64,000 nucleotides of DNA, taken from NCBI GenBank assembly GCA_021648685.1, contig JAKISI010000009.1:4-64003 (forward strand), read 5' to 3'. This stretch comes from Candidatus Polarisedimenticolaceae bacterium. GTDB taxonomy: Bacteria; Pseudomonadota; Gammaproteobacteria; Chromatiales; Chromatiaceae. Below are positions 39,245-48,013 of the stretch, one piece after another. The position numbers and the translations under genes are program-made. Each line of letters starts with the position of its first letter. Position 1 is the stretch's first letter. Under the pieces are notes generated by a model. The model was given only the letters and a program-made list of their open reading frames with translations. It did not search any database and had not been told where the DNA came from.

Positions 39245-40429
39245 ATGGCAAAAACGCTCATCATAGACCTGTCAGCAGGCAGGCAGACCCCTTTTTTACG
39301 GGGCATACTTACCCGCTCACTACAGGCCGCTGGACTCTCATTTGAAGATGCCTTCAACACCGCATCATCAATCCGCCAGCTGCTGGATAATAAAACCGAA
39401 ATCTCCACCGGCGACCTGCGGAAGCTGGTAGCACAAGAACTGGAAGCCTCTTTTGGCGAAGCCACAGCACAGCGTTACCAGACCTCCTCCCATACCCCCG
39501 CCACCATTCTGGTTGAACGCTCCAACATGCAGAGTTTCCCCTTCTCCAGAGGGGAGTTACGACGCAGCCTGGAGTGCTGCGGATTGGCAGAAGAGGGGGC
39601 GATGACCATCGTAGCCAGAATCTACGACCATCTTGTCAGCCAAGGCACGGAGCGTATCAGCTCACGCGACCTGGGGCTGCTGACTCACCGTTACCTCAGA
39701 CGGGAGCTGGGGGCCGATGCCGCAAAACGCTACCTGGTCTGGAGCGATTATCGCCACGGCAACCGCCCTCTGCTGATCCTTATCGGCGGCGCACCCGGCA
39801 GTGGAAAAAGCACCCTGGCAACCGAGCTGGCCACCCGGCTGGATATTGTACGCACCCAGTCTACCGACATGCTGCGCGAGGTGATGCGCATGATGCTGCC
39901 CCATCGCCTGCTGCCGATCCTGCACACTTCATCATTTGATGCCTGGAAGGCGCTGCCATCCCCCACCGAGTCGCTTACAGACCGCGACAGCCTGCTGATA
40001 GATGGCTTCCTCACACAGGTCGAACTGCTCTCTGTTGCTGCCGAGGCCGTACTGCAACGCACACTCAAAGAGCGGGTCTCACTGATACTGGAAGGGGTGC
40101 ACATGCACCCCTCCTTCCTGGACAGCATTCCAAAGGAGGAGGATGCCATCGTCGTCCCCATCATGCTCCGCGTTGCCGACCAAAAGCTTCTGCGCCAACG
40201 ATTTACCGGGCGCGGACAGCAGGCCCCCAACCGCCGTGCCAAACGTTATCTGGATAATTTTGATGCCATCTGGCGGCTACAGACCTTTCTGCTGACAGCC
40301 GCTGAGCGAGCCAACCTGAATATCATCACCAACGATAATCGAGAGGATGCCATAAGGGCCGTCATGGGGGCCGTCATCAACGCCCTCTCCAAGGATTTTT
40401 CCAGCACCCCCGAAGAGGTTTTCGTATGA
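39245..40429 (+). CDS. 2-phosphoglycerate kinase-like P-loop kinase with two N-terminal ATP-cone-like repeats
   Basis: Two ATP-cone-like repeats: LIIDLSAGRQTPFLRGILTRSL..AGLS...A...A..I...L.....EIST.DLR.LV and ILVERSNMQSFPFSRGELRRSLECCGL.... Then a P-loop LILIGGAPGSGKSTLATELA.RL and TDMLREVMR...LPILHTSSFDAWKAL, resembling COG2074 2PGK as I recall it. Confidence 0.65.
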   Translation: MAKTLIIDLSAGRQTPFLRGILTRSLQAAGLSFEDAFNTASSIRQLLDNKTEISTGDLRKLVAQELEASFGEATAQRYQTSSHTPATILVERSNMQSFPFSRGELRRSLECCGLAEEGAMTIVARIYDHLVSQGTERISSRDLGLLTHRYLRRELGADAAKRYLVWSDYRHGNRPLLILIGGAPGSGKSTLATELATRLDIVRTQSTDMLREVMRMMLPHRLLPILHTSSFDAWKALPSPTESLTDRDSLLIDGFLTQVELLSVAAEAVLQRTLKERVSLILEGVHMHPSFLDSIPKEEDAIVVPIMLRVADQKLLRQRFTGRGQQAPNRRAKRYLDNFDAIWRLQTFLLTAAERANLNIITNDNREDAIRAVMGAVINALSKDFSSTPEEVFV

Positions 40430-41718
40430 ATCTGCGCTACAAAGGGCTGATGATCATCCTCGACGGCCTGGGCGACCGACCCTGCGCGCCACTCGATGGT
40501 GCCACACCCCTGGAAGCGGCTCACACCCCACACCTGGACAGGTTGGTCACTGAAGGGCTATGCGGGCTGGTAGACCCGCTGGCACCCGGCATTCCGGTCG
40601 CTACCCACACCGGCACCGGCATCCTGCTGGGGCTGATCCCCACAGATGCCGCCAGGCTGTCCCGCGGGCCGGTTGAGGCAGCAGGTATCGGACTCTCCAT
40701 GGCAGCGGGTGATATTGCCATCCGCTGCAACTTTGCAACACTTAAAAGCAGCAACCAACGCCTCACCGTCACTGACCGTCGGGCCGGGCGTATCAGCAAA
40801 GGAACCGATCAGCTAGCCAGAGCACTGCAAGGGATAGCCGTTGGCGATGGCATCACCGCAACCCTTAAACCGGCCACACAACATCGTGCGGTACTGAAAT
40901 TATCGGGAGAGGGGCTGTCAGCCGCCGTGAGCGACACAGACCCTGACGAGACCTGTGGTCTGGGCATCACCATAGAGAGCAGGCCGCACAACCCGAATGA
41001 CCGTGCCGCCATCCGAACCGCCAGCGCAATCAACCACTTCATTGCCGAGGCGCACCAGCGATTGGAGAACCACCCAATCAACCGGCAGCGCAGGGAGCAG
41101 GGGCTGCTGCCCGCCAATGGCATCATCACCCGCGGGGCGGGGATGTTTCACACAAGCCGAAGCATCATCAACCACCTGCAACTCAAAGCGGCGCTGATCG
41201 CTGGTGAGCGTAGTGTCTGCGGCCTGGGCAAACTGCTTGGGTATACCGTTATCACACAACCGGAATTCACTGCGCTGGCCAATACCGATCTGACAGCCAA
41301 GATATCAGCAGCCCGGAATGCCCTGGAAGATCATGACATGGTATTTCTGCACATCAAGGCACCGGATATCTGCGCCCATGACCTGCTGCCAGCTGAAAAA
41401 CGTGATTTTCTTGGGCATTTTGATACAGCACTGGCACCGCTGCTATCCAGCAATATGGTTATTGGAGTCTCCGGAGACCACTCAACCAACTCTATCCATG
41501 GCAACCACTGTGCTGACCCGGTGCCAACACTGCTTCACTATCCAGGAACACGCCGGGACAGCTGCACCGTATTTGGGGAGACCCCCTGCATACAGGGCGG
41601 CCTGGGGCGCATAACCGCTAGCGGCTTTCTGATGTCGGCACTGGATGCCATGGGTGCCATGCACAACTATCGACCGGATGATCAGGATTTTGTTATGTCA
41701 AACCAGATGGGGTGGTAA
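40426..41718 (+). CDS. ApgM-like cofactor-independent phosphoglycerate mutase family metalloenzyme (alkaline-phosphatase superfamily)
   Basis: GLMIILDGLGDRP...TPLEAAHTPHLDRL...GLVDPLAPGIPVATHTG... and C-terminal VSGDHSTNS..GNHCADPVPTLL match the archaeal-type iPGM/ApgM family layout. ATGA overlap with the upstream kinase gene. Confidence 0.7.
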   Translation: MNLRYKGLMIILDGLGDRPCAPLDGATPLEAAHTPHLDRLVTEGLCGLVDPLAPGIPVATHTGTGILLGLIPTDAARLSRGPVEAAGIGLSMAAGDIAIRCNFATLKSSNQRLTVTDRRAGRISKGTDQLARALQGIAVGDGITATLKPATQHRAVLKLSGEGLSAAVSDTDPDETCGLGITIESRPHNPNDRAAIRTASAINHFIAEAHQRLENHPINRQRREQGLLPANGIITRGAGMFHTSRSIINHLQLKAALIAGERSVCGLGKLLGYTVITQPEFTALANTDLTAKISAARNALEDHDMVFLHIKAPDICAHDLLPAEKRDFLGHFDTALAPLLSSNMVIGVSGDHSTNSIHGNHCADPVPTLLHYPGTRRDSCTVFGETPCIQGGLGRITASGFLMSALDAMGAMHNYRPDDQDFVMSNQMGW

Positions 41719-41748
41719 AGCAATCAAAGAAGGGGGGCTAAAATAGAG

Positions 41749-42144
41749 CTATTGCAGCTCCAGCTGCCTGACAAACCCGGCAAACTCCCTATCTTCGGTC
41801 GTGACATGAGGAATAAGCCAGTCTGCCAGATTAGAGGCAATTTCTGCAGCATTAAGCATGTCAACAAGGTAGAGGCCGATCTGCCCGTTTAACCTCTCAA
41901 GCAGCTCCTGATGGGTTGCACAATGCTTTTCCATGCCAGGAAAACCCAGTTTGTGCATGATATTCTCTTCACTCATGAAGTGCTGTTGAGTGTAGCTGCC
42001 CAGCTCATTGATAAGCCTTGTTTGATGAGTAGTATCCCTGGCTTCTGTCTCAGCATAAATCCGGTTAATGAGATCAATAAAATAGCGATGCTGGAGATCA
42101 ATACCTTCAACACCAACCGACCACTTCTGATCCCATGCGAGCAT
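41749..42144 (-). CDS. Bacteriohemerythrin
   Basis: 131 aa. WDQKWSVGVEGIDLQHRYFIDLINRI...HFMSEENIM....FP....H...H..LL......DWL..H...ED matches the hemerythrin His/Glu/Asp ligand pattern. Confidence 0.85.
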   Translation of the reverse strand: MLAWDQKWSVGVEGIDLQHRYFIDLINRIYAETEARDTTHQTRLINELGSYTQQHFMSEENIMHKLGFPGMEKHCATHQELLERLNGQIGLYLVDMLNAAEIASNLADWLIPHVTTEDREFAGFVRQLELQ

Positions 42145-42156
42145 TTGCCAGCCTGA

Positions 42157-42339
42157 TTATTTTTCGGGGTTAACCTTGTTTTCGACACACTTGGATTTAG
42201 TGGTATGGCACCCGCAGCCTTTCGTCTCAAACTTTGGTTTTGCAGGATCCTTCTTATTCAGCCACATCTGGAAAGCTATCCAACCTGCACATAGTGCTAC
42301 CAAGCCAATCAGAGCAAAAAGGTGGTTCCAGATGGACAT
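42157..42339 (-). CDS. Small single-TM protein with Lys/Cys-rich tail
   Basis: 60 aa, starting 5 nt after the rnfA stop. TM HLFALIGLVALCAGWIAFQMW, then KKDPAKPKFETKGCGCHTTKSKC. Loosely resembles FeoB-associated Cys-rich membrane peptides. No clear SD. Confidence 0.35.
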   Translation of the reverse strand: MSIWNHLFALIGLVALCAGWIAFQMWLNKKDPAKPKFETKGCGCHTTKSKCVENKVNPEK

Positions 42340-42344
42340 AGATA

Positions 42345-42926
42345 TTAACTTGAACTAAAAAGCCCGGCAAAGCCCATGAAGGCCATGGACAGGATACCTG
42401 AAATTATAAGGTTAAAGGCAAAACCTCTAATAAGCTTTGGCATGGCATTGACCTTTTCAACCTCTTGACGCATGCCCGCCATCAGTACAATAGCCAGCGT
42501 GAAGCCCATGCCTGCACCCAAAGCGTAGACCAACCCTTCCCAGAGTCCATAGCCTTTGTTGGTTGCAAAGATAGCAAGGCCGAGGATTGCGCAGTTGGTA
42601 GTGATCAGTGGCAGGAAGATACCCAGCGCTCGAAAGAGCGTTGGACTCGTTTTTTTGATGGCCATCTCAATCAACTGCACCACGCTGGCAATCACGACAA
42701 TGAAGCTGATCAGGCGCAGATAGGGGGCATGGATTAAAACATAGGTGTTAAGAAACCAGGCACATAGCGCTGTAACCACCATCACAAAGATGGTTGCCAG
42801 GCCGAGTCGAAACGAGACCTCCAGTTTATTGGATACCCCCAAGAAAGGGCAGAGTCCAAGGAAATAAGCCAGTACAAAGTTATTGATCAGCAGTGTGCTG
42901 ATAAAAATCCAACCTAGATCACCCAT
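42345..42926 (-). CDS. rnfA: Rnf complex subunit A
   Basis: 193 aa, 6 TM, NNFVLAYFLGLCPFLGVS... is an RnfA/NqrE-like signature. Adjacent to rnfE. Confidence 0.9.
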   Translation of the reverse strand: MGDLGWIFISTLLINNFVLAYFLGLCPFLGVSNKLEVSFRLGLATIFVMVVTALCAWFLNTYVLIHAPYLRLISFIVVIASVVQLIEMAIKKTSPTLFRALGIFLPLITTNCAILGLAIFATNKGYGLWEGLVYALGAGMGFTLAIVLMAGMRQEVEKVNAMPKLIRGFAFNLIISGILSMAFMGFAGLFSSS

Positions 42927-42927
42927 T

Positions 42928-43572
42928 TCAGTTTACTCCATCTTCTGTAGCCAGCTGCTTGTCGATCTTATTCTTCTTCTCTTCAAGCCAGTTGAAATAG
43001 AGCAACATGACGCCCAGTGTAATAAAGCCGCCAGGAGGTAGAATCATAATAACCCATGGCTCAAAATTCGCCCCAAACAGGGCAAAACCAAAGATCTCGC
43101 CAACGCCCAGAATCTCACGGACAGCACCCAGGGAAACCAGAGCAAAGAGAAAGCCAGCCCCCATACCGAAAGCATCAGCAACCGACATGCGCAAGGTATT
43201 GCGCGATGCAAATGCCTCCATACGACCGAGAATCAGGCAGTTAGCAACAATCAGCGGGATAAAGGCGCCCAGCTCTTTATGAATTACAGGCAGCGCTGCT
43301 GCCAATGTGTAGTCCACAACGGTAACAAAGGTAGCGATTATGATAATAAAGCAAGAGATACGCACCTGCTTGGGGATGTAGCTTTTAAACAGTGAGACCA
43401 GAATACTGGAACCGAGCAATACGAAAAAACTGGCAAGCCCCATGGCCAATCCGTTGATGGCCGAGTTGGTTACCGCAAGCAATGGACACAACCCCAAGAC
43501 CTGCACGAAAACAGGGTTTTCACGCCAGAGGCCCTTCATAAATTCATCGTATGCGAGTTGTTCTTTAGCCAT
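42928..43572 (-). CDS. rnfE: Rnf complex subunit E
   Basis: 214 aa. GLWRENPVFVQVLGLCPLLAVTNSAINGLAMG is an RnfE/NqrD-like signature. Confidence 0.9.
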   Translation of the reverse strand: MAKEQLAYDEFMKGLWRENPVFVQVLGLCPLLAVTNSAINGLAMGLASFFVLLGSSILVSLFKSYIPKQVRISCFIIIIATFVTVVDYTLAAALPVIHKELGAFIPLIVANCLILGRMEAFASRNTLRMSVADAFGMGAGFLFALVSLGAVREILGVGEIFGFALFGANFEPWVIMILPPGGFITLGVMLLYFNWLEEKKNKIDKQLATEDGVN

Positions 43573-43615
43573 GATTAATGCTTCTAATTTAGTCGATTAT
43601 TTTTCAGGATGTCAG

Positions 43616-44317
43616 CTACTGCGCTTGCGCATCTTCAGCTTCAGGTGGGGTTTCCACCTCTACATAAGCAGGTTCAGCGCCTGGTTCTGGCAGCCTGGAA
43701 ACCCAATAGTCGTTACCCTTGTTGATAATTTTTGCCACTGCTACAGAGGAGATCGTGGCGCCCGTGATCGCATCTATCTCATTAGGCTTACTTTTCCCCT
43801 TCTTCGTAGCAACAATAGGGGGTTCAATAGCCAGATCATCAAAGTTGGCAACAAATGCTGCATCTTTATAAATTTTATCACCCAGACCGGGGGTTTCGCG
43901 GCTGGCAAGTATCCACATGCCGATCACCTTGCGATCCGATGGGCGATAGCCATAAAGCACGCTTATGGTATCTGCAAACCCTGGCCCATCACTTGGAATG
44001 GCGTATCCCATGAATTTGTTGTTGTCGTCATAACCGGCATAAATGGGCTCTTCACCTTTCTCCTCTTTGTAAGAGACCTCCAGCTTGCCCTCTTTGAGCA
44101 GCAGCTTCTGCATCTTGCTTACATTGGGAAGCACCCGGAAGACAGCCTCACGCAACTCACGCGCCTTGTTCTCTTTGATGGTCTCAAAGGTAGCCAGGTA
44201 GATCGCAATAATAATGATCCCTGAAACCAGCCCGGCAATCGCAAGCGTGCCAATCAGGCGAGCCGGGCTTGGCTCATCTGCTACAACAGCAGCTTGCTCT
44301 ACTTTATCTTCACTCAT
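43616..44317 (-). CDS. rnfG: Rnf complex subunit G (FMN-binding)
   Basis: TM anchor plus an FMN_bind domain with IDAITGATISS (covalent FMN Thr motif). I prefer Met17 of the track ORF (nt 44317), 2 nt after the rnfD stop. Confidence 0.85.
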   Translation of the reverse strand: MSEDKVEQAAVVADEPSPARLIGTLAIAGLVSGIIIIAIYLATFETIKENKARELREAVFRVLPNVSKMQKLLLKEGKLEVSYKEEKGEEPIYAGYDDNNKFMGYAIPSDGPGFADTISVLYGYRPSDRKVIGMWILASRETPGLGDKIYKDAAFVANFDDLAIEPPIVATKKGKSKPNEIDAITGATISSVAVAKIINKGNDYWVSRLPEPGAEPAYVEVETPPEAEDAQAQ

Positions 44318-45323
44318 TTTGATCCAGCTCCCGTCCAAATACCCGTGGCTGGGTGTACATGTCAATCAAAGGTGTTGCCGCATTCATCAGCAGGATGGCG
44401 TACATTATCCCTTCTGGAAAGCCGCCAAAGACACGGATGAGTACAACCAGGAGCCCAATGCCAATGGCAAAGATCCAGGTTCCCTTCCGTGTGAGTGGCG
44501 AGGTAACCGGGTCAGTGGCCATAAAGATGGCACCGAGCAACATGCCGCCTGAAAAGACGGTAAAGACTGGCCCTGGATATCTATCCGCATCGACCATAAA
44601 GAGTATCAATGAGAAGATTACTGCAGTACCAATAATGCCCACTGGAATACGCCAATCAAGATCGCGTCGCCACCAGAGATAGATTCCGCCAAGAATAAGC
44701 AGCAGTCCGCTGGTCTCTCCCAGGGAACCTGATGTATTACCGAACAGCAGATCGATAAATGGGGTATCGATATGCTCAAACTTCATCATCCCCAGCGGTG
44801 AGGCTTGCGTAACCGTATCGACAACACCTGTCATCAGGGGCAGTGCAAAAAGGGATGAAGGAATGGTGAAAAAGTCCCCAGGGGCTGTCCATGTGGTCAT
44901 TGCAATCGGGAAAGTGGCCAGCAGAAAGGCACGGCCAACCAGCGCGGGGTTGAATATGTTGGCGCCCATTCCTCCCCAGATGGTCTTTCCAATACCAACA
45001 GCAACGACACCACCGAGAAAGGCCATCCACAAAGGCAGCGCAGGCGGCAGCGTAAGCCCCAGCAACCAACCCGTAAGGATGGCTGTGCCGTCACCAAGGA
45101 AATAGCCTCGTTTCTCTTCGGGGGCAAAATACCACTCGACCAGAACAGCGCCAGCAATACATGCCAGCAGCACCAGAAATGCACCCAAGCCAAAGAACCA
45201 GATGCCAGCCAGGGTGGCAGGCGTTAGCGCATACCAAACATCACGCATAACAACAGGGGTGGTCATCTGCTGCCGCAGCTGTGGCCCGGGTTGTATAAGA
45301 AGTTTTGGATCCTTTTGTGTCAC
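44310..45323 (-). CDS. rnfD: Rnf complex subunit D
   Basis: 337 aa polytopic protein. GANIFNPALVGRAFL and FMATDPVTSP motifs of RnfD/NqrB. Confidence 0.9.
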   Translation of the reverse strand: MTQKDPKLLIQPGPQLRQQMTTPVVMRDVWYALTPATLAGIWFFGLGAFLVLLACIAGAVLVEWYFAPEEKRGYFLGDGTAILTGWLLGLTLPPALPLWMAFLGGVVAVGIGKTIWGGMGANIFNPALVGRAFLLATFPIAMTTWTAPGDFFTIPSSLFALPLMTGVVDTVTQASPLGMMKFEHIDTPFIDLLFGNTSGSLGETSGLLLILGGIYLWWRRDLDWRIPVGIIGTAVIFSLILFMVDADRYPGPVFTVFSGGMLLGAIFMATDPVTSPLTRKGTWIFAIGIGLLVVLIRVFGGFPEGIMYAILLMNAATPLIDMYTQPRVFGRELDQNE

Positions 45324-46684
45324 TGAACCTTCCCCTTCATGGAACGCAGATGATCTTTAGCTGTACGAATATGTTGTACAATCGGAATGCCTGAAGGGCA
45401 CGAGTAGGTGCAACAGCCACACTCTACACAATCCATAACCTTATAGGTTTCAGCCATCTCTTCAAACATGCGCGCCTTTGCCAGACGTGCAAAACGAGCC
45501 GGATTCAGGAAATAGGGACAGGCCTCAACGCAACGACCACAACGGATGCAGTTGTACTCCTGCGGACGTCCGGTCTCATTTTCAGTCAACGCCAATACGC
45601 CTGCGCTGCCTTTGAGCATTGGCGCATCGAGATCGGCAATCGAATCACCCATCATCGGGCCGCCCAGAACCACCTGGCGTGTCTCGTCTGTGAGTCCGCC
45701 GGCATAATCCAGCACTTCGCGTATCGAGGTTCCGAGTGGCACGATCAGGTTGGCAGGATAGGAGACGCCTGGCCCCGAAACTGTAACCACACGCTCGATC
45801 AGCGGCTTGCCGGTCTGAAAATATTCGGCAATGGCGATGATGGTGCCCACGTTATTGACTGCCACCTCGACATCACGCGGCAGCTTGCCTGCTGGCACCT
45901 CAACACCGAACACGGATTTGATCAGCATCTTCTCAGCGCCCTGGGGATACTTCACCTCCAGCGGCATCACACGGATGGGCTGTCCTGGCTTGATCGCATC
46001 CTGCAACGCCTTGATCGCATCGGGCTTGTTCTTCTCGACACCAATGACGATCTCCTCTGCGCCCAGCTTCTGACGCACAATCTCTGCGCCATAGAGCAGC
46101 GCCTCCGTCTGCTCCACCATCTGGCGGTGGTCATTGGTCAGATAGGGTTCACACTCAGCGCCATTGATCAGCAGATAACGGATCTTGTTGCCATCCGGGA
46201 TGGCATATTTCACATGACACGGGAATGCAGCGCCGCCCAACCCCACGATGCCGGCCTTCTGCATCTCGCTGATGAACGCCTCAATTGAGAGCGACTCCCA
46301 GTCGATGGGGTGAACCTCCATCTGCTGCGCATCATATTGATCCGCCTCAATCACGATCGCCTCTTGAAAGGTGCCGTCAGCGTAGCGCTCTGAACCGACG
46401 CCGGTCACGCGCCCGGTGACGGGGCTGTGGAGTGCCACGGAGACAAAGCCACCCGGCTCAGCAATCATCTGACCACGCTTCACTGCATCGCCTGCCTGCA
46501 CAATCGGTTTGGCTGGCGCGCCAACATGCTGACCAAGCGGGATCACAAAGCGTTTGCCAAAAGGAAGGCGCTGGATTGCGAGTTGCTCCGTCTGCTCTTT
46601 GTGATGATGGGGAAACACCCCATGATCAAAGCTGTTACTTAATCGCCGAAATAGATTCATAGTAAAACGGTTATCAGTTGCCAC
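45320..46684 (-). CDS. rnfC: Rnf complex subunit C
   Basis: 454 aa. GLGGAAFPCHVK (NuoF-like NADH/FMN fold), an SLBB domain, and 2x[4Fe-4S] CIRCGRCVEACP / CVECGCCTYSCP. Confidence 0.9.
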   Translation of the reverse strand: MATDNRFTMNLFRRLSNSFDHGVFPHHHKEQTEQLAIQRLPFGKRFVIPLGQHVGAPAKPIVQAGDAVKRGQMIAEPGGFVSVALHSPVTGRVTGVGSERYADGTFQEAIVIEADQYDAQQMEVHPIDWESLSIEAFISEMQKAGIVGLGGAAFPCHVKYAIPDGNKIRYLLINGAECEPYLTNDHRQMVEQTEALLYGAEIVRQKLGAEEIVIGVEKNKPDAIKALQDAIKPGQPIRVMPLEVKYPQGAEKMLIKSVFGVEVPAGKLPRDVEVAVNNVGTIIAIAEYFQTGKPLIERVVTVSGPGVSYPANLIVPLGTSIREVLDYAGGLTDETRQVVLGGPMMGDSIADLDAPMLKGSAGVLALTENETGRPQEYNCIRCGRCVEACPYFLNPARFARLAKARMFEEMAETYKVMDCVECGCCTYSCPSGIPIVQHIRTAKDHLRSMKGKVQ

Positions 46685-46699
46685 ACTACAGGAGGGCGA

Positions 46700-47575
46700 T
46701 TAGCCATTCATCAGCTGAGCCATATGCTCACCCATGTCAGCCGGTGAGCGGGAGACCGTTACACCAGCCGCTTCCAGCGCAGCAATCTTATCGGTGGCAG
46801 CACCTTTGCCGCCCGAGATGATGGCCCCCGCATGTCCCATGCGACGCCCTGGAGGTGCTGTCAGACCCGCGATATAGGAGACAACCGGCTTGGTGACATT
46901 GGCCTTGATGTACTCTGCGGCCTCCTCCTCTTTACTGCCGCCGATCTCTCCCACCATGATGATCCCTTCGGTCTGCTCATCCTCCTGGAACAGCTTCAGG
47001 CAGTCGATAAAGTTCATGCCGTGAATGGGATCACCACCAATGCCGACACAGGTGGATTGCCCCAGGCCGGCCAGAGAGGTCTGACGAACCGCCTCATAGG
47101 TGAGCGTACCGGAGCGTGAGACAACACCAATCTTGCCCGGCTGGTGGATGGCTCCCGGCATGATGCCGATCTTGCATTCGCCGGGTGTGATCACACCCGG
47201 GCAGTTGGGGCCAATCAGATAGGGCTTGTTGTGGCCACGTAGCGCTGCCTTCACCTTCAGCATATCCACAACCGGAATACCCTCGGTGATGCAGACAATC
47301 ACCTTGATACCGGCATCGGCTGCTTCCAGGATGGCATCGGCTGCAAAGGCGGGCGGCACATAGATCATGCTGGCATCCGCGCCGGTTGCATCGACCGCAT
47401 CGGCCACTGTGTTGAACACCGGCCGATCCAGATGGGATTGACCACCCTTGCCGGGGGTCACGCCACCAACGATGTTGGTACCGTACGCAATGGCCTGTTC
47501 AGCATGGAATGTACCCTGCTTTCCCGTGTAACCCTGGACGACAACCTTGGTCTCTTTATTGATTAAAATACTCAT
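46700..47575 (-). CDS. sucD: Succinyl-CoA synthetase alpha subunit
   Basis: [22 protein letters not shown]...[10 protein letters not shown]...GIGGDP...RRMGHAGAI (catalytic His loop). Canonical SucD. Confidence 0.95.
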   Translation of the reverse strand: MSILINKETKVVVQGYTGKQGTFHAEQAIAYGTNIVGGVTPGKGGQSHLDRPVFNTVADAVDATGADASMIYVPPAFAADAILEAADAGIKVIVCITEGIPVVDMLKVKAALRGHNKPYLIGPNCPGVITPGECKIGIMPGAIHQPGKIGVVSRSGTLTYEAVRQTSLAGLGQSTCVGIGGDPIHGMNFIDCLKLFQEDEQTEGIIMVGEIGGSKEEEAAEYIKANVTKPVVSYIAGLTAPPGRRMGHAGAIISGGKGAATDKIAALEAAGVTVSRSPADMGEHMAQLMNG

Positions 47576-47621
47576 TTTAATATTCCTGTATCAGCATTCA
47601 GCTAAAGCCGCTAGCAGACGG

Positions 47622-47984
47622 TCAGAAGCGCTTCACAACCGTCCAGCCACTATCTTCTTTCACCATTCGTATGCTGGCCTTGCGCTTCTGGCGCTTGGCG
47701 GGGGGATAGGTTATATCCATCTCCACCCGGCAGCGATACCCCTGCTTGCCATCCACTTCGCTCCGCTTGCAGTTGAGCTTGTCGAGGGCATGGATCGTTG
47801 TTGCAACCGCAGCGCCCGCCTCTTCACCCAACATGGTCTGCGCCAGCTCATTGGCTCTCTCCATCTCGGATTGCAGCGCCTTTTTCAGATCCGCTTCCGT
47901 TGGCTCTCCTGAGCATCCTGCCAGCGCTGCTCCCAGCACTGCAATGGTGAAACCGGTAACCAGGGTCTTCAGTGATCTCCCCAT
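47622..47984 (-). CDS. Small lipoprotein inserted between sucC and sucD
   Basis: MGRSLKTLVTGFTIAVLGAALAGCSG is a textbook Sec/SPII signal with the lipobox LAGC. 120 aa, no other motif. Weak SD. Confidence 0.6.
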   Translation of the reverse strand: MGRSLKTLVTGFTIAVLGAALAGCSGEPTEADLKKALQSEMERANELAQTMLGEEAGAAVATTIHALDKLNCKRSEVDGKQGYRCRVEMDITYPPAKRQKRKASIRMVKEDSGWTVVKRF

Positions 47985-48013
47985 AACCGGCGTCGATGGT
48001 ATACAGCCGTTGG

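Noticed and set aside
44318-44365. Longer rnfG start overlapping rnfD by 56 nt
   Set aside because: The extension (MTCTPSHGYLDGSWIK) precedes the natural MSEDK... N-terminus and TM anchor. The start at 44317 gives a 2-nt gap after the rnfD stop.
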